From positions 89,453-153,452 of the forward strand of contig CBDBFU010000004.1 in NCBI GenBank assembly GCA_965205025.1: a stretch of DNA of 64,000 bases. Direction: 5' to 3'. The notes under the pieces are model-generated. The model made no database searches, had not been told where the DNA came from, and saw only the letters and a list, made by a program, of their open reading frames with translations. This stretch comes from Candidatus Poribacteria bacterium (GTDB lineage: Bacteria; Poribacteria; WGA-4E; WGA-3G). Positions 40,847 to 51,943 of the stretch are shown piece by piece. Within the stretch, counting starts at the first letter, position 1. Each line of letters opens with the position of its first letter. The translations under genes and the position numbers were made by a program.

Positions 40847-42064
40847 ATGAGTAGCAGTCCTGCCTATAACCTGTTAGCTGAAACATTAGAGAAACAGGGA
40901 ATTCAGATAGAGACTATTAAGACATATCTCAAACAACAACATATAGAAACACCGTCATGGGGTTACGGGAATTCGGGGACACGATTCGGTGTATTTGAAC
41001 AACCCGGCGCAGCCAGAAACGCTGCGGAACGTCTCGAAGATGCTGCCACCGTTCACAAATTCACAGGTGTTTCACCTACTGTCGCTTTACACATACCGTG
41101 GGATAAAACAGACGATTGGGGTGCATTAAAACAGTATGCCGCGGATGTAGGTATCGGAATCGGAGCAATAAACCCAAATGTATTCCAAGATCAAGAATAC
41201 AAACTCGGTAGTGTATGCAATCCACATTCAGACATACGTCGTCTTGCAATTGATCATATGTTAGAATGTGTTGACATTATGGAAAAAACAGGTTCAGACT
41301 TACTGAGTCTTTGGTTTGCAGATGGCACAAACTTTCCCGGACAAGCAAACTTCAGAAAACGGAAACAGTGGATGTTTGATGCATTAAGTGAAGTATATGA
41401 TGCACTTCCTGATGCAACTCGTATGTTAATCGAGTATAAGTTTTTTGAACCTGCATTCTATCACACCGATTTGGCTGATTGGGGTACCGCTTACCTGATG
41501 GCAACAAAACTCGGTTCAAAAGCACAAGTCTTGGTGGATTTGGGTCATCACCCTCAAGGTGTCAATATCGAATTTATCGTTGCATATCTTATTGATGAAG
41601 GTAAACTTGGAGGATTCCACTTCAATTGCCGAAAATACGCTGATGATGATCTTACTGTTGGCTCCATCAACCCGCAAGAACTCTTTTTAATCTACACTGA
41701 ACTCGTTGCTGCTGAACTTGATCCTGATACTGAAACCGATATCGCATACATGATTGATCAAAGTCATAATTTGAAACCTAAAGTCGAAGCAAGCATTCAA
41801 TCAGTATGTAATCTGCAAAAGGCTTACGCAAAGGCATTGTTAGTTGATCGTGAAGCATTAGCGGAAGCACAAGATGCTGCAGATATTGTGGAAGCTGAGG
41901 GTATTCTGCAACGGGCAAACGAAACTGATGTGAACCCTTTACTTGAACAGGTTCGTTTGGAAATGGGACGAGATCCACACCCACTAACTGCATACCGAAA
42001 AAGTGGTTACTACGAGAAAATTAGTAAAACCCGTGTCGGTGGTGAAAGTCAAGGGTGGGCATAA
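40847..42064 (+). CDS. rhaI: L-rhamnose isomerase (RhaI type)
   Basis: [58 protein letters not shown]. Confidence 0.92.
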   Translation: MSSSPAYNLLAETLEKQGIQIETIKTYLKQQHIETPSWGYGNSGTRFGVFEQPGAARNAAERLEDAATVHKFTGVSPTVALHIPWDKTDDWGALKQYAADVGIGIGAINPNVFQDQEYKLGSVCNPHSDIRRLAIDHMLECVDIMEKTGSDLLSLWFADGTNFPGQANFRKRKQWMFDALSEVYDALPDATRMLIEYKFFEPAFYHTDLADWGTAYLMATKLGSKAQVLVDLGHHPQGVNIEFIVAYLIDEGKLGGFHFNCRKYADDDLTVGSINPQELFLIYTELVAAELDPDTETDIAYMIDQSHNLKPKVEASIQSVCNLQKAYAKALLVDREALAEAQDAADIVEAEGILQRANETDVNPLLEQVRLEMGRDPHPLTAYRKSGYYEKISKTRVGGESQGWA

Positions 42065-42137
42065 CTTCTTTTTTATTTTAAACAAGACAAAAATAGAAAT
42101 CACAAGTCAATTTATCTGAATTTCATATAGGAGAACT

Positions 42138-43109
42138 ACGACAATTAATATCGGTATAATTGGATCCGGAGGAATGGCACGCCATCACCTCAAGCAATTC
42201 TCATCTATAGAAGCAGTTAACATCTGTGCCATTACCTCCAGAAACGAGCAAACCGGCAGTCAACTTTCCACAGAGTTCAATACTAAATACATCCCAAAAT
42301 GGAAAGATCTATTACAGCAAGATGAAATAGATGGTGTAGTTATCTGTACTCACAATGATAGTCATGGTGATATTACCCTTGAAGCATTGCAAGCTGATAA
42401 GCATGTTTTTGTTGAATATCCTCTTGCTAACAATGTTAACCAAGGTGAACAAGCCATAAACCTCGCCAAAGCACGGAGACGTGTTTTACGTGTTTCCCAT
42501 CCAGAGGTAATCTCAAATACACATGAATCGCTAAGACAGAAAACAGAAGAACTTGGTGATTTACTACTATCCTCATTTGTCCGATTAACGCCAGGTCGTG
42601 GAGCACGTCCTGAAATTCTATTCAACCTACCTGTATCTGGAATACCCACACATTTCTTCATCTACCATATTTATCCTGTTGTGGATCTGTTCGGTGAAGC
42701 CGCGTGGGTAGAAGGTGCAGCATGTTATCAAGGATTAACTGAAACGGGACAGTATAATCGTTTCGTTAATACTGTTACTATTGTATTCAAACAGGGTGGT
42801 ATCGGTCAGTGGAGTTGGGCAGGTGGCATTGATATTAGTGAATCACAGCAACACCAACGATATGTCCTCACCAATGGAACGCTTATCAACGAAGGCAACG
42901 GGTGGCACTGTTCAACACCAGAGGGAGTCTCTGAATTACCGATCAATAAAACTCCGCAACCCTCTCTACAGGAACTATGGCTATCAGAAATACAAGATTC
43001 TAATGAGAATGACCCATGTTTTAAAGATGTTGAAGTTGCCCTTTCTGCAATCAGGATAAGTCTTGCAGCAGCACAATCAATAGAAGATAATAGACGGATA
43101 GAATTATAA
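42138..43109 (+). CDS. Gfo/Idh/MocA family oxidoreductase
   Basis: Rossmann strand INIGIIGSGGMA begins upstream of the track start (42174); IDGVVICT, HVFVEYP. Start placed tentatively at ACG 42138 after AGGAG. Confidence 0.82.
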   Translation, partial: TTINIGIIGSGGMARHHLKQFSSIEAVNICAITSRNEQTGSQLSTEFNTKYIPKWKDLLQQDEIDGVVICTHNDSHGDITLEALQADKHVFVEYPLANNVNQGEQAINLAKARRRVLRVSHPEVISNTHESLRQKTEELGDLLLSSFVRLTPGRGARPEILFNLPVSGIPTHFFIYHIYPVVDLFGEAAWVEGAACYQGLTETGQYNRFVNTVTIVFKQGGIGQWSWAGGIDISESQQHQRYVLTNGTLINEGNGWHCSTPEGVSELPINKTPQPSLQELWLSEIQDSNENDPCFKDVEVALSAIRISLAAAQSIEDNRRIEL

Positions 43110-43110
43110 A

Positions 43111-43785
43111 ATGAACACAGAACAACAAAAGAAGATTGCCGCAGAAAAAGCAACTGAGGAAGTTAAGGGCGGGATGATTCTCGGCTTAGGCACAGGATCA
43201 ACTGTCTACTATACCCTGTTGAAACTTGGGGAAATGGTACGGGATGGTCTAAATATCATTGGAATACCTACATCTGAGGGTACAGAGAAGATTGCCACAG
43301 AACAGAACATTCCACTTTCTTCACTGGCTAAACATCCTACAATAGAACTCACGATTGATGGTGCTGATGAGGTGGATGCACACCTGAATCTCATCAAGGG
43401 TGGTGGTGCTGCCTTGGTTAGAGAGAAGATTCTCGCAAATGCCTCAAAACGGATCGTTATTGTTGTAGATGAAAGTAAGGTGTCTCAAGTTCTTGGATCA
43501 ACATTTGCATTACCTGTAGAGATAATTAAATTCGGATGGGAAGCTACGCAACGGGAAGTTGATAAAATATGTGGTAAATCTGACTTACGTGGTGGAATAG
43601 ATAATCCATTGATTACTGATAACGGGAATTATATTCTTGATTGCCACTTTGATGAAATCCCTGAACCTGAGAAAGTAGAACTGCAGCTAAACAATATCCC
43701 CGGTGTTGTTGAAAACGGTATTTTCGTAGATCGTGCAGATAGAGTCATTATCGGTACACCCAATGGTATCAAATACATGGAATAG
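43111..43785 (+). CDS. rpiA: ribose-5-phosphate isomerase A
   Basis: GLGTGST, IDGADEVD, IKGGGAALVREK, TDNGNYILD, IPGVVENG. Confidence 0.97.
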   Translation: MNTEQQKKIAAEKATEEVKGGMILGLGTGSTVYYTLLKLGEMVRDGLNIIGIPTSEGTEKIATEQNIPLSSLAKHPTIELTIDGADEVDAHLNLIKGGGAALVREKILANASKRIVIVVDESKVSQVLGSTFALPVEIIKFGWEATQREVDKICGKSDLRGGIDNPLITDNGNYILDCHFDEIPEPEKVELQLNNIPGVVENGIFVDRADRVIIGTPNGIKYME

Positions 43786-43800
43786 TCAATCATACTGCCT

Positions 43801-44622
43801 ATGATACGATACCTGACCTTATTCTCTTTAATATTGAGTATATACTTATTATTCTCTCCAATCGTTAGAGGAGATATCTTCAAAGATAGTGGTTTAGTAG
43901 ATATTCCCACAGGTGAGATATTAAAACATGGTATATTCGGAGTAGGTGTGAATACTTCCTTCCTCAATGAACCCTCATTATCGCGGGATGTCACAGCTTT
44001 CAGAGTTAACTTTGGGATGTTTGATAGATTAGAAATTGGTCTGGTGCACCTGTTAGAGATAAATAATGGATTACACAGCAGATCATTAGCACACCTAAAG
44101 GCACAACTCATAGCAGAATCAGGATTGATACCCAATATTGCATTAGGTGTGGAGAATCTGGGTGACAAGATTCCTCCAAAATGGGAAACTTACCAAACAC
44201 AATCGGCTTTTCTTGTAATCAGTAAAACCTTTACCATACCCAAACTTCCAATTTTTATGGGACATATCGGGATAGGCAATCATCGATTTGCATTAGTAGA
44301 TCAAAATATCGGCGTGTTTGGCGGCGTGAGTACGGGGTTTCATCCATCATTCACAAGAGGGGATATAAAACTATATCTGGAATATGATGGAAAAGGCATA
44401 AACACAGGTTTACGCCATACTGCTGATACAGGACTTCAAGTAGCAGTTGGTGTTGATACACTTAACAAACCAGAAGAAACCCGTTATCTGTTTTCTGTTT
44501 CATGGACGAATAAAAAGATGATTGAGCAGATAGCAGGAGCAAATCGACTGGCACGACAAGCAGCAAGACTCGCATCTCAGGCAAAAAATAAATCTACCAA
44601 TACAGAGACTCCAAAAGAATAG
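43801..44622 (+). CDS. YjbH-like outer-membrane beta-barrel protein
   Basis: Signal peptide, SGLVDIPTG, PNIALGV, FGGV, LEYDG...NTGLR. Confidence 0.65.
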   Translation: MIRYLTLFSLILSIYLLFSPIVRGDIFKDSGLVDIPTGEILKHGIFGVGVNTSFLNEPSLSRDVTAFRVNFGMFDRLEIGLVHLLEINNGLHSRSLAHLKAQLIAESGLIPNIALGVENLGDKIPPKWETYQTQSAFLVISKTFTIPKLPIFMGHIGIGNHRFALVDQNIGVFGGVSTGFHPSFTRGDIKLYLEYDGKGINTGLRHTADTGLQVAVGVDTLNKPEETRYLFSVSWTNKKMIEQIAGANRLARQAARLASQAKNKSTNTETPKE

Positions 44623-44623
44623 A

Positions 44624-45520
44624 CTACTGTTTTTCCTCAATTGATTCCATTACACTTTGAAGTGACTGCAGCAACTCGGATAAGAAATCTTGTGGAGGAA
44701 CGAGGATAATTTCAATCCGACGATTTTTTGCCTTCGCTTCCGCCGTTTCCGCTTTATCTATCGGTTGGTAGAAAGCATAACCTGTTCCTGATAGACGTTC
44801 TGGGGTAACTTTAGCATTTTCCTGTAAATACTTAACCGCAGATATAGAACGTTGTGTTGATAGATCCCAGTTCCGAAGTGCTGAACCCGCAATTGGGTTA
44901 TTATCTGTATGTCCTTCAACACGTATCGCATAAGAAGTATAATCTTCATTGAGCAACACTTCTTCAGCAATTGCATCTAAAAGTGCTTTACCTTCCTTAC
45001 TCAGTACAGCACTACCGGTCTCAAACAATATTTTCCCCTTCACATCAAGCGTTAACCGTCCAGCCTCATCCAACACAGCACCTACAGTGTCTTTAAACCT
45101 GTCCTGAATAGCAGCAATTGAACGTTGTGACTGCTCCCGAATACGTTGTAGCTCCGATTCAATTTCTGTCAATTTTGCACGTAGACTTTCCTTTTCAGTT
45201 TCAAGATTAGTTTTATCCTGTTGTAGTTTGTTCCGTTCAGCGGCTATTTTCCGAGCAGCTTCACTCTCATTTTCCAAGATCTCTTTCGTTTGAGTCAACT
45301 CTTCCTGAGTGCTCTTCAAAGATTTCTCGGTTTCAGTTAGCTTCTTTTCAACATCGGCTTTATTTGATTCAGTCGTTTTCAATTTTGTGTTAGTAGTATT
45401 TAGATCATTTTGCGTCAGTTTGAGTTCCTCAGATGTTAAGTAAAGTAGAACTCCTAAAGCAACAGCTGCAATTACAGCAACAACAATCGCTCCAATTGAT
45501 AGAATCGCTTTCTTACTCAT
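44624..45520 (-). CDS. OmpA/MotB family peptidoglycan-binding protein with coiled-coil stalk
   Basis: N-terminal TM, coiled coil, ILFETGSA, VEGHTDN, NWDLSTQRS, KNRRIEI. Confidence 0.88.
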   Translation of the reverse strand: MSKKAILSIGAIVVAVIAAVALGVLLYLTSEELKLTQNDLNTTNTKLKTTESNKADVEKKLTETEKSLKSTQEELTQTKEILENESEAARKIAAERNKLQQDKTNLETEKESLRAKLTEIESELQRIREQSQRSIAAIQDRFKDTVGAVLDEAGRLTLDVKGKILFETGSAVLSKEGKALLDAIAEEVLLNEDYTSYAIRVEGHTDNNPIAGSALRNWDLSTQRSISAVKYLQENAKVTPERLSGTGYAFYQPIDKAETAEAKAKNRRIEIILVPPQDFLSELLQSLQSVMESIEEKQ

Positions 45521-45818
45521 TTATTACTCCTTGTAGATTAAGAATAGCTTCAAAATTATCATTCTTTGATACCTTATTCCTTCTTATAATCCCACACAAT
45601 ATACACTTATGAGAAAGTATATAATCACCCTGTTTATGCGTATACCCAATAGGTTCCATTAACCCGTGACAAGTTTCAGCACGATCCCCAGGATTGACAT
45701 CAACATGCTGACTCCAAAGACATTCGGGACAGTGATTAGTATAACCGTCACCTACGACAGATAAACCGCATTTTCCGCAAATAAAATCTTCAATGTGACG
45801 TTGAAATCTTTTATTCAT
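45513..45818 (-). CDS. RNHCP domain zinc-binding protein
   Basis: FICGKCG, YTNHCPECLWSQHVD, PGDRA, CHGLM, HKCILCG. Confidence 0.88.
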   Translation of the reverse strand: MNKRFQRHIEDFICGKCGLSVVGDGYTNHCPECLWSQHVDVNPGDRAETCHGLMEPIGYTHKQGDYILSHKCILCGIIRRNKVSKNDNFEAILNLQGVINE

Positions 45819-45879
45819 TATACAGGATCAACCCTTCAGCATTTTCAATAAAACGGATAATGTTAATTCTATTTGAAAG

Positions 45880-48052
45880 CTACGTATTTAATATAGACTT
45901 CACATCCCATAGTAGAATAGTTCCGTCATAGCTCCCACTTGCAAGTAATGTTCCATCAGGTGAAAAGGTAAGAGACTGTATATCTGTTGTATGTCCCTTG
46001 AAGGTATGGATATTCTCACCAGTAGCAACATCCCATAAACGGATTGACATCTTCTTCATACCTCTTTTCCACCAAGTGCCTGATGCCAAATATTTGCCAC
46101 ATGGAGAAAATGCGAGTGAATATGGGTAGGATTCACCTGCCGGTTGTTGAATTATACGAATTTGACTTAGATCTTCAGATCCCCAAAAATATATACTCTT
46201 ATATATACCTGCAGCTATCATATTTCCACTTGGAGAAGATGTGAGTGAATTAATTGTATCAGGAGTTTCAACTGAAGCAATTTCTTTCCCAACATTACCC
46301 TCCCACAGCTGCACATTTCCATCCCAACTCCCAATTACCAATTGGTTACCATCCGATGTAAAAGTCATAGAAGTAATACTATCCTCTAAACCCGTATCTA
46401 TTTCTACCTTTTTATCAGATTCAATATTCCATATAATTGGTATTTGCACCTTACTTGAGCTTTTGCAATCAATTGCCAAACGTTCCCCTGTTGGATCAAA
46501 TGCTATAGGACTTCGCAAACCTTGATCTGAAAAGCTGCCAATTAATAAGTTGTCTGGTTCACCTAATTCCCATACTTGTAAGGTATATTCATCGTATCTG
46601 TTAGCAATCAATAAGTTACCATTGTCCAAATAGGTGAAATAATCAATTGATCCTTTTTTCGCCAATGTTGCATGTACCTTCTTACTTTCAACATCCCATA
46701 ATACCATCGCATTCCAAACACCTGTACTTGCTAATGTGTTCCCATCTGGAGAGAAAACAATCGGTTCAGGATAACAGGTAGCAACCCGGAGTGATTCGAA
46801 AGTAATATGTTCATCGGTTCTATCCTCTATATTCTTAAGTGTGTGAGCAATTGCCAGTTCTGGACATTTTGAAAACCATCCATGTCCTATACTTTCAACC
46901 TGAAGTTCATACATTCTTGCTTTTTCGTGAGATTCGACATCCCACACTTCCATCACCTCTGTTCCGTGTGGTAATACGGTAGAATATAGACCTCCATCAG
47001 GTGGATAGTACGTTTTAATTGAATATGCCTTTTGGGCAACTTTCTTTGAATCGTTCTTTTTTCCAATCTTCCGTATTAATTTCTGTAGCCAATTTTTTGA
47101 TGAAGATGTGTTATAATGGTACACCTTCTTCTCTTTACTGGTTAATAATTCCCATTTCCGCAGCGTTCCGCCATTATCACAGGACACAAGAAACCTACCA
47201 CAAGGTGAAAATGTGATACTTGTTACAGGTTTGTCATGCCTCTTAAAATAAGCAACTCGTTCACCTGATTCTATCTCCAAGACAGAAATAAAACAGGGAA
47301 CCCCCTTAGTTCTTCTCCTGTTTCCATCCGTACATACATAAGCTATGAATCTGCTATCAGGTGAGAATGTAAACTCTCCTCCATTAATTTTGGCAATCTG
47401 TTTTCCAGTTTCTGTGTGATAGAGATAAGTCTGCGGATTATGCGTTGCTATACTAACGATGTGACCATCCGATTCCACTGGAATTTCCCATGTCGCAGCG
47501 AGGATTTCACTATTCGGAGAAAATGCAAGTTGAGATAGACTATCCCATTTTTCATTTCGGACATCCAGTTCAATTTGTAAAAGACACTCACCATTCTTAG
47601 TATCAAATATCTCAATTTTGCCCTGCTTGTCTACGGGGATAGCAATTCTCTGGTTATCTGGTGAGAAAGCTATTAATTTAGTAGTGAAATTTTTACTACG
47701 TTTCATCTTAGCAATACATTCACCGTTTTGGATATCAAAAACCTTAACATCACCATCCCCAATTAGCGGTAGCAACTAACATACCATCAAATGAAATATC
47801 CACGGCAGAGATAAGACCACGTTCCGTTTCCCATAACGATACTGGAGACATTGTAGAAACATCATACCACCATAATCCTGTCCCTGTACCTGCCGCGAAA
47901 TAGTTTCCACAAGGAGATAGAGCAACATCCCCCAAAATCGATGTCCGAGAGTACGCTCCCTTCCCAAATCGTGCAATTGCACCTTCTGGTAATGCCCACG
48001 TATTTCCAATAGGATCATCTGGTACGACATTCATCTTTGCAGGTTCAGACAT
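45880..48052 (-). pseudogene. WD40-repeat beta-propeller protein with a single-base frameshift
   Basis: Track ORFs 47750-48052 and 45880-47775 join if one G is removed from GGGG at 47760-47757 (TANW-DGDVKVFDI). The joined protein is collinear with the paralog at 48095-50143. Confidence 0.85.
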
Positions 48053-48094
48053 TTTACTCCCCTGTTATCAATATCATAGTACAAGACATAAACT

Positions 48095-50143
48095 TTAAGA
48101 AGTAATCGACTTGAGATTCCATAACAAGGTTGTTCCATCAAAACCACCACTCGCCAACAATGTTCCATCTGGTGAAAATGTTAATGTTTGAATATCAGTG
48201 TTATGTCCCCAGAAGGTTGTGATATTTTCTCTGGTTTCAATATCCCAAATACGGATTGCCATCTTATCCATGCCTCTTTGCCACCAAGTTCCAGAAGCAA
48301 GGTATCGTCCACACGGTGAAAATGCAAGAGCATAAGGTTTTTCACCACTCTTTGTTTGTGGAATTGTGTGTAACGGTGTAAGTGTTTCAGCACACCACAA
48401 ACGAATTTCTTCGAACATCCCACCTACAATCACGGTATTACATGGAGAAAATGCCAATGCAAAAGTTGTCATCGGTTTCTCAGAGGGCAAAGTTGCAATT
48501 TCTTCTCCCAATTCAACATCCCAGAGTCTGACTGTGTTGTCGATTGATCCACTGAGCAGACGAGTTCCATCTGATGAAAATGCCAGGGACCATATAGTTT
48601 TCGTATGTCCTATTAGTGATCTTGGCTCTGTATTCTCTTTAGGTTGCCACAGATAAAGTCTTCCATCTTTACCACCAAATGCGATTTTGGAGTCTATAAA
48701 TGCAAAGGTATGCCGACCTAACTCCATTGTCGTAAATTCAGCAATTAGATCCTCACTTGTATGGTTAATATCCCACACCTTGTAATTTACACTGCTACTG
48801 TTAAATCCCCGGTCGCTACCTATAGCAAGGATGTCTCCACAAGGTAAATACGTGATTGCATCAACCGGTTCATTATGGATTAATATATGCTGTGTCTGTT
48901 TACTTGTAATATCACATAAACCTATACCTTTTAATTTACCTTTGATTGCGAGCGTGTTTCTGTCTGGTGAGAATGAGATAGATTTGGGAAAACTCATAGG
49001 TTCGTGAAGTGTTGAGAAGGTATATATTTCCTCAGAAACTGTAGTCTTTTGCGATAAGGTATGTGCAATAAATAATTCAGGACGTTTGAAAAACCAATGA
49101 TAACCGATTCTGTCATCTTGTTTTTCATAGGTCTGTAATTTTTCACATTCTTTTACATTCCATACTGTATAAGTTTCTTCGTTCGACTCGATTGATAATA
49201 TGGTTTCATCATCTAAATAGAACAACTTTATGACATATCCACTAAAATAATCATACGATTCTTCCAGTGTACCTGTTTTTAAATTCCATACCTGTACTGT
49301 ATTATTGAAGTCACTTATTGTAAGAAATTGACTACACGGTGAAATTGCTTTACTCCCTTTGAGGTAATGTTCTTCCGATAACGTCCTTACAAGTTCCCAT
49401 GTATTATTATCCCATACTGAAATAGAGGTTGCACCACGGGGTGGGGTAGTATCAGGTATTACATAATGATTCTCACTTACCAATAAGTTGTTATCTAAAG
49501 TAAAAGTAAAATTCCTACCTTCAAGAATCTTAGCAATTTCACCTGTATTGGGATTCCAAAAGTAAGTTTGCCTACCTACTGTGGCAGTAAGGTGTTCTCC
49601 ATCTGGAGAGAACCCAAATTGGAGAATACGATATGAACCGTCCTTCTCCGTACCCCAATCCATCTGAGAAATACATTCACCATTTTGAATATCTATGATT
49701 TCTACTAATCTACTTCGAATTGCAGTGGCAAGCCGTTTTGAATCTGGAGAAAAAACAATATGTGAATAAATATTACGGTCTTCAGAACGTTTTATCTGGG
49801 TAATCAAGTCACCACTCTTAATATCCATTATTTTAATAATTCCATTACAGTTGGCAATTGCAATCAATTTTCCATCAGGAGAGATATCTATAGCTGAAAT
49901 CATCCCATGATCCGTATCCCACAAGGCTATAGGAGTCATTGTAGCAATATCATACCACCATATACCAAGACGGGTCCCAACAGTGAAGTATGAATAATCT
50001 GGCGAAAGTGCTATCCAACTACTACCCATTTTCTCATGGAAACCCTTCCCAAATCGTGCAATTGCACCTTCGGGTAATGCCCACGTCTTACCTGTAGGAT
50101 CGTCTGGCATGACATTTAATGGTGCTGGTCTTGGATTTTTCAT
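48095..50143 (-). CDS. WD40-repeat beta-propeller protein
   Basis: TWALPEGAIARFGKG, repeated FSPDG...WD, GHTKTIWSLAFS, GHNTDIQTLTFSPDG. Confidence 0.92.
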   Translation of the reverse strand: MKNPRPAPLNVMPDDPTGKTWALPEGAIARFGKGFHEKMGSSWIALSPDYSYFTVGTRLGIWWYDIATMTPIALWDTDHGMISAIDISPDGKLIAIANCNGIIKIMDIKSGDLITQIKRSEDRNIYSHIVFSPDSKRLATAIRSRLVEIIDIQNGECISQMDWGTEKDGSYRILQFGFSPDGEHLTATVGRQTYFWNPNTGEIAKILEGRNFTFTLDNNLLVSENHYVIPDTTPPRGATSISVWDNNTWELVRTLSEEHYLKGSKAISPCSQFLTISDFNNTVQVWNLKTGTLEESYDYFSGYVIKLFYLDDETILSIESNEETYTVWNVKECEKLQTYEKQDDRIGYHWFFKRPELFIAHTLSQKTTVSEEIYTFSTLHEPMSFPKSISFSPDRNTLAIKGKLKGIGLCDITSKQTQHILIHNEPVDAITYLPCGDILAIGSDRGFNSSSVNYKVWDINHTSEDLIAEFTTMELGRHTFAFIDSKIAFGGKDGRLYLWQPKENTEPRSLIGHTKTIWSLAFSSDGTRLLSGSIDNTVRLWDVELGEEIATLPSEKPMTTFALAFSPCNTVIVGGMFEEIRLWCAETLTPLHTIPQTKSGEKPYALAFSPCGRYLASGTWWQRGMDKMAIRIWDIETRENITTFWGHNTDIQTLTFSPDGTLLASGGFDGTTLLWNLKSITS

Positions 50144-50159
50144 TCTATATATTCCCTTA

Positions 50160-51398
50160 TTACAATTCTGATCGCGTCATAAAGACAGCATAGATAGCAC
50201 ATGTCCGTACAAGATCAGGAATATGTACACGTTCATTTATCGCATGTCCCCTCTCACCTTTTGGTCCATAACCAATTCCCGGTAAACCTGTATTCACAAA
50301 GTAATGTAAATCTGTGAAACCAGCAGTACTTTTAAATTTAGGTTGATGATATCGAACTGTACGTACTGCATCAGCGAAACTTTGGGCAAATGGTGAATCG
50401 GTATCCGTTAAACACGGTTCAATACGCAAAATAGCTTTAACATCAGCCTTCAAATCAGGATAGTATTCACACGCACCTACAATAGCCTCTCGCAACTCAA
50501 GTTCAGCAAACTCCAACTTCTCATTCGGTACAACCCGTCTATCAATTGAAAATGTAAGATTTGCAGGAACAGTATTTACCTTATCTCCATCTGTACCATG
50601 GAACGTACCACCAATATTCATAGTTGGAAAACGTTCAGCACCATCATTCGTCTTAAAAGCACGGTCAGGTGATTTCAACCCTCGTTTTACCCGTTGTAAT
50701 GCTGAAACAAGTTCTGCAGTTTTCTCAAAAGCATTTATTCCTTTATCCGGTTGAGATCCGTGTGCAGCTTTTCCTTGTACATCAATTTCCAACCAAAGAA
50801 CACCGTTGTGTCCATTTCCGATATTCATCTCCGTTCCACCTTCACAGATGACTACATAATCCGCATCCACCAATCCCTTTTCAACAATATATCCCGCACC
50901 TAATTGTCCACCCGTCTCTTCATCACACGTAAACGAACATTCAATATTAAACTGTGGTTCAATATCATTCTTCTGAATTGCTTCAATGGCAAATAACAAT
51001 GCAGCGATAGAATCCTTCATATCATCGGAACCGCGTCCATACAGCCAATCACCGTCAATCTTTCCACTAAAAGGATCATTGAAACGCCATTTTCCAGCTA
51101 CAGGAACAACATCGTAGTGAGCGTTGAAATGGACAGTCTTTTCAGCACCAACATCCCAGCGTGCAATAAGATTTAACCGTGGATGGGTTGCCGCGTTTGA
51201 AATAACCTCTTCAGCTCGAACTTTGGTTACCTTTACTACTCTTGTATTCATACCTAACGACTGGCATTTTGCCTCAAGTAGTTCTACAATCTCAGCATAA
51301 TTCTCACCCGGAGGATTAACAGTAGGAATTCTAACCAATTCTTGCAGCAATTCACATAATGATGATTGATTATCTTTAATATACTTTTGTACGGACAT
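50160..51398 (-). CDS. M20 family (ArgE/DapE-like) metallo-amidohydrolase
   Basis: IPTVNPPG, FNAHYDVVP, YGRGSDDMK, DEETGG, ICEG, GKAAHGS, GHAINE. Confidence 0.9.
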   Translation of the reverse strand: MSVQKYIKDNQSSLCELLQELVRIPTVNPPGENYAEIVELLEAKCQSLGMNTRVVKVTKVRAEEVISNAATHPRLNLIARWDVGAEKTVHFNAHYDVVPVAGKWRFNDPFSGKIDGDWLYGRGSDDMKDSIAALLFAIEAIQKNDIEPQFNIECSFTCDEETGGQLGAGYIVEKGLVDADYVVICEGGTEMNIGNGHNGVLWLEIDVQGKAAHGSQPDKGINAFEKTAELVSALQRVKRGLKSPDRAFKTNDGAERFPTMNIGGTFHGTDGDKVNTVPANLTFSIDRRVVPNEKLEFAELELREAIVGACEYYPDLKADVKAILRIEPCLTDTDSPFAQSFADAVRTVRYHQPKFKSTAGFTDLHYFVNTGLPGIGYGPKGERGHAINERVHIPDLVRTCAIYAVFMTRSEL

Positions 51399-51424
51399 TC
51401 TCAAGTCTCCTCTACTTGCACCGT

Positions 51425-51838
51425 CTACGATACGACAGCTTGATCACCCGCAGACAAATGCCCCACAGTTTCACCCGTGTCCGTGAAAGTACGAGTCACC
51501 TCTACAGAAGCGTATGTCCACAATATCTTCATCGGAGCATCACTTTCATTCCAAAAACGATGTGGTATTCCGGCAGGGACAAATGTTGTGTCATACGCAT
51601 TCATTGTGTAAACTTCACCATCCACTTCGCATGTCGCTTCACCTTCAAGAATGGTAACAGACTCATCACAGTTGTGGTAGTGTCTGGCAATCGCTGCCCC
51701 AGGTTCAAATATTGTTACACCGTTAGTAAGTGATGTTGAATCAATCCATTTACCTGCTAACGGAACTGTTTTTACACCTGTACCACGGTCAATAGGATCT
51801 TTTTTTCCAAAATTAATCACATGTGCTTTATTACTCAT
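51425..51838 (-). CDS. cupin domain protein
   Basis: PGAAIARHYHNCDESVTILEG, VPAGIPHRFWN. Confidence 0.9.
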   Translation of the reverse strand: MSNKAHVINFGKKDPIDRGTGVKTVPLAGKWIDSTSLTNGVTIFEPGAAIARHYHNCDESVTILEGEATCEVDGEVYTMNAYDTTFVPAGIPHRFWNESDAPMKILWTYASVEVTRTFTDTGETVGHLSAGDQAVVS

Positions 51839-51943
51839 AATCTGAATTCTCTTTCAGTTGTATTTGTCATAGTTTCACATAAATACCTACAAATATCAAC
51901 ATGTAATTATGTCCAGATGATACAAAGTGCTGTCTTATTTGTT

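Noticed and set aside
44624-45520. Flagellar stator motB
   Set aside because: No motA neighbour and no conserved TM Asp motif; left as OmpA/MotB family.
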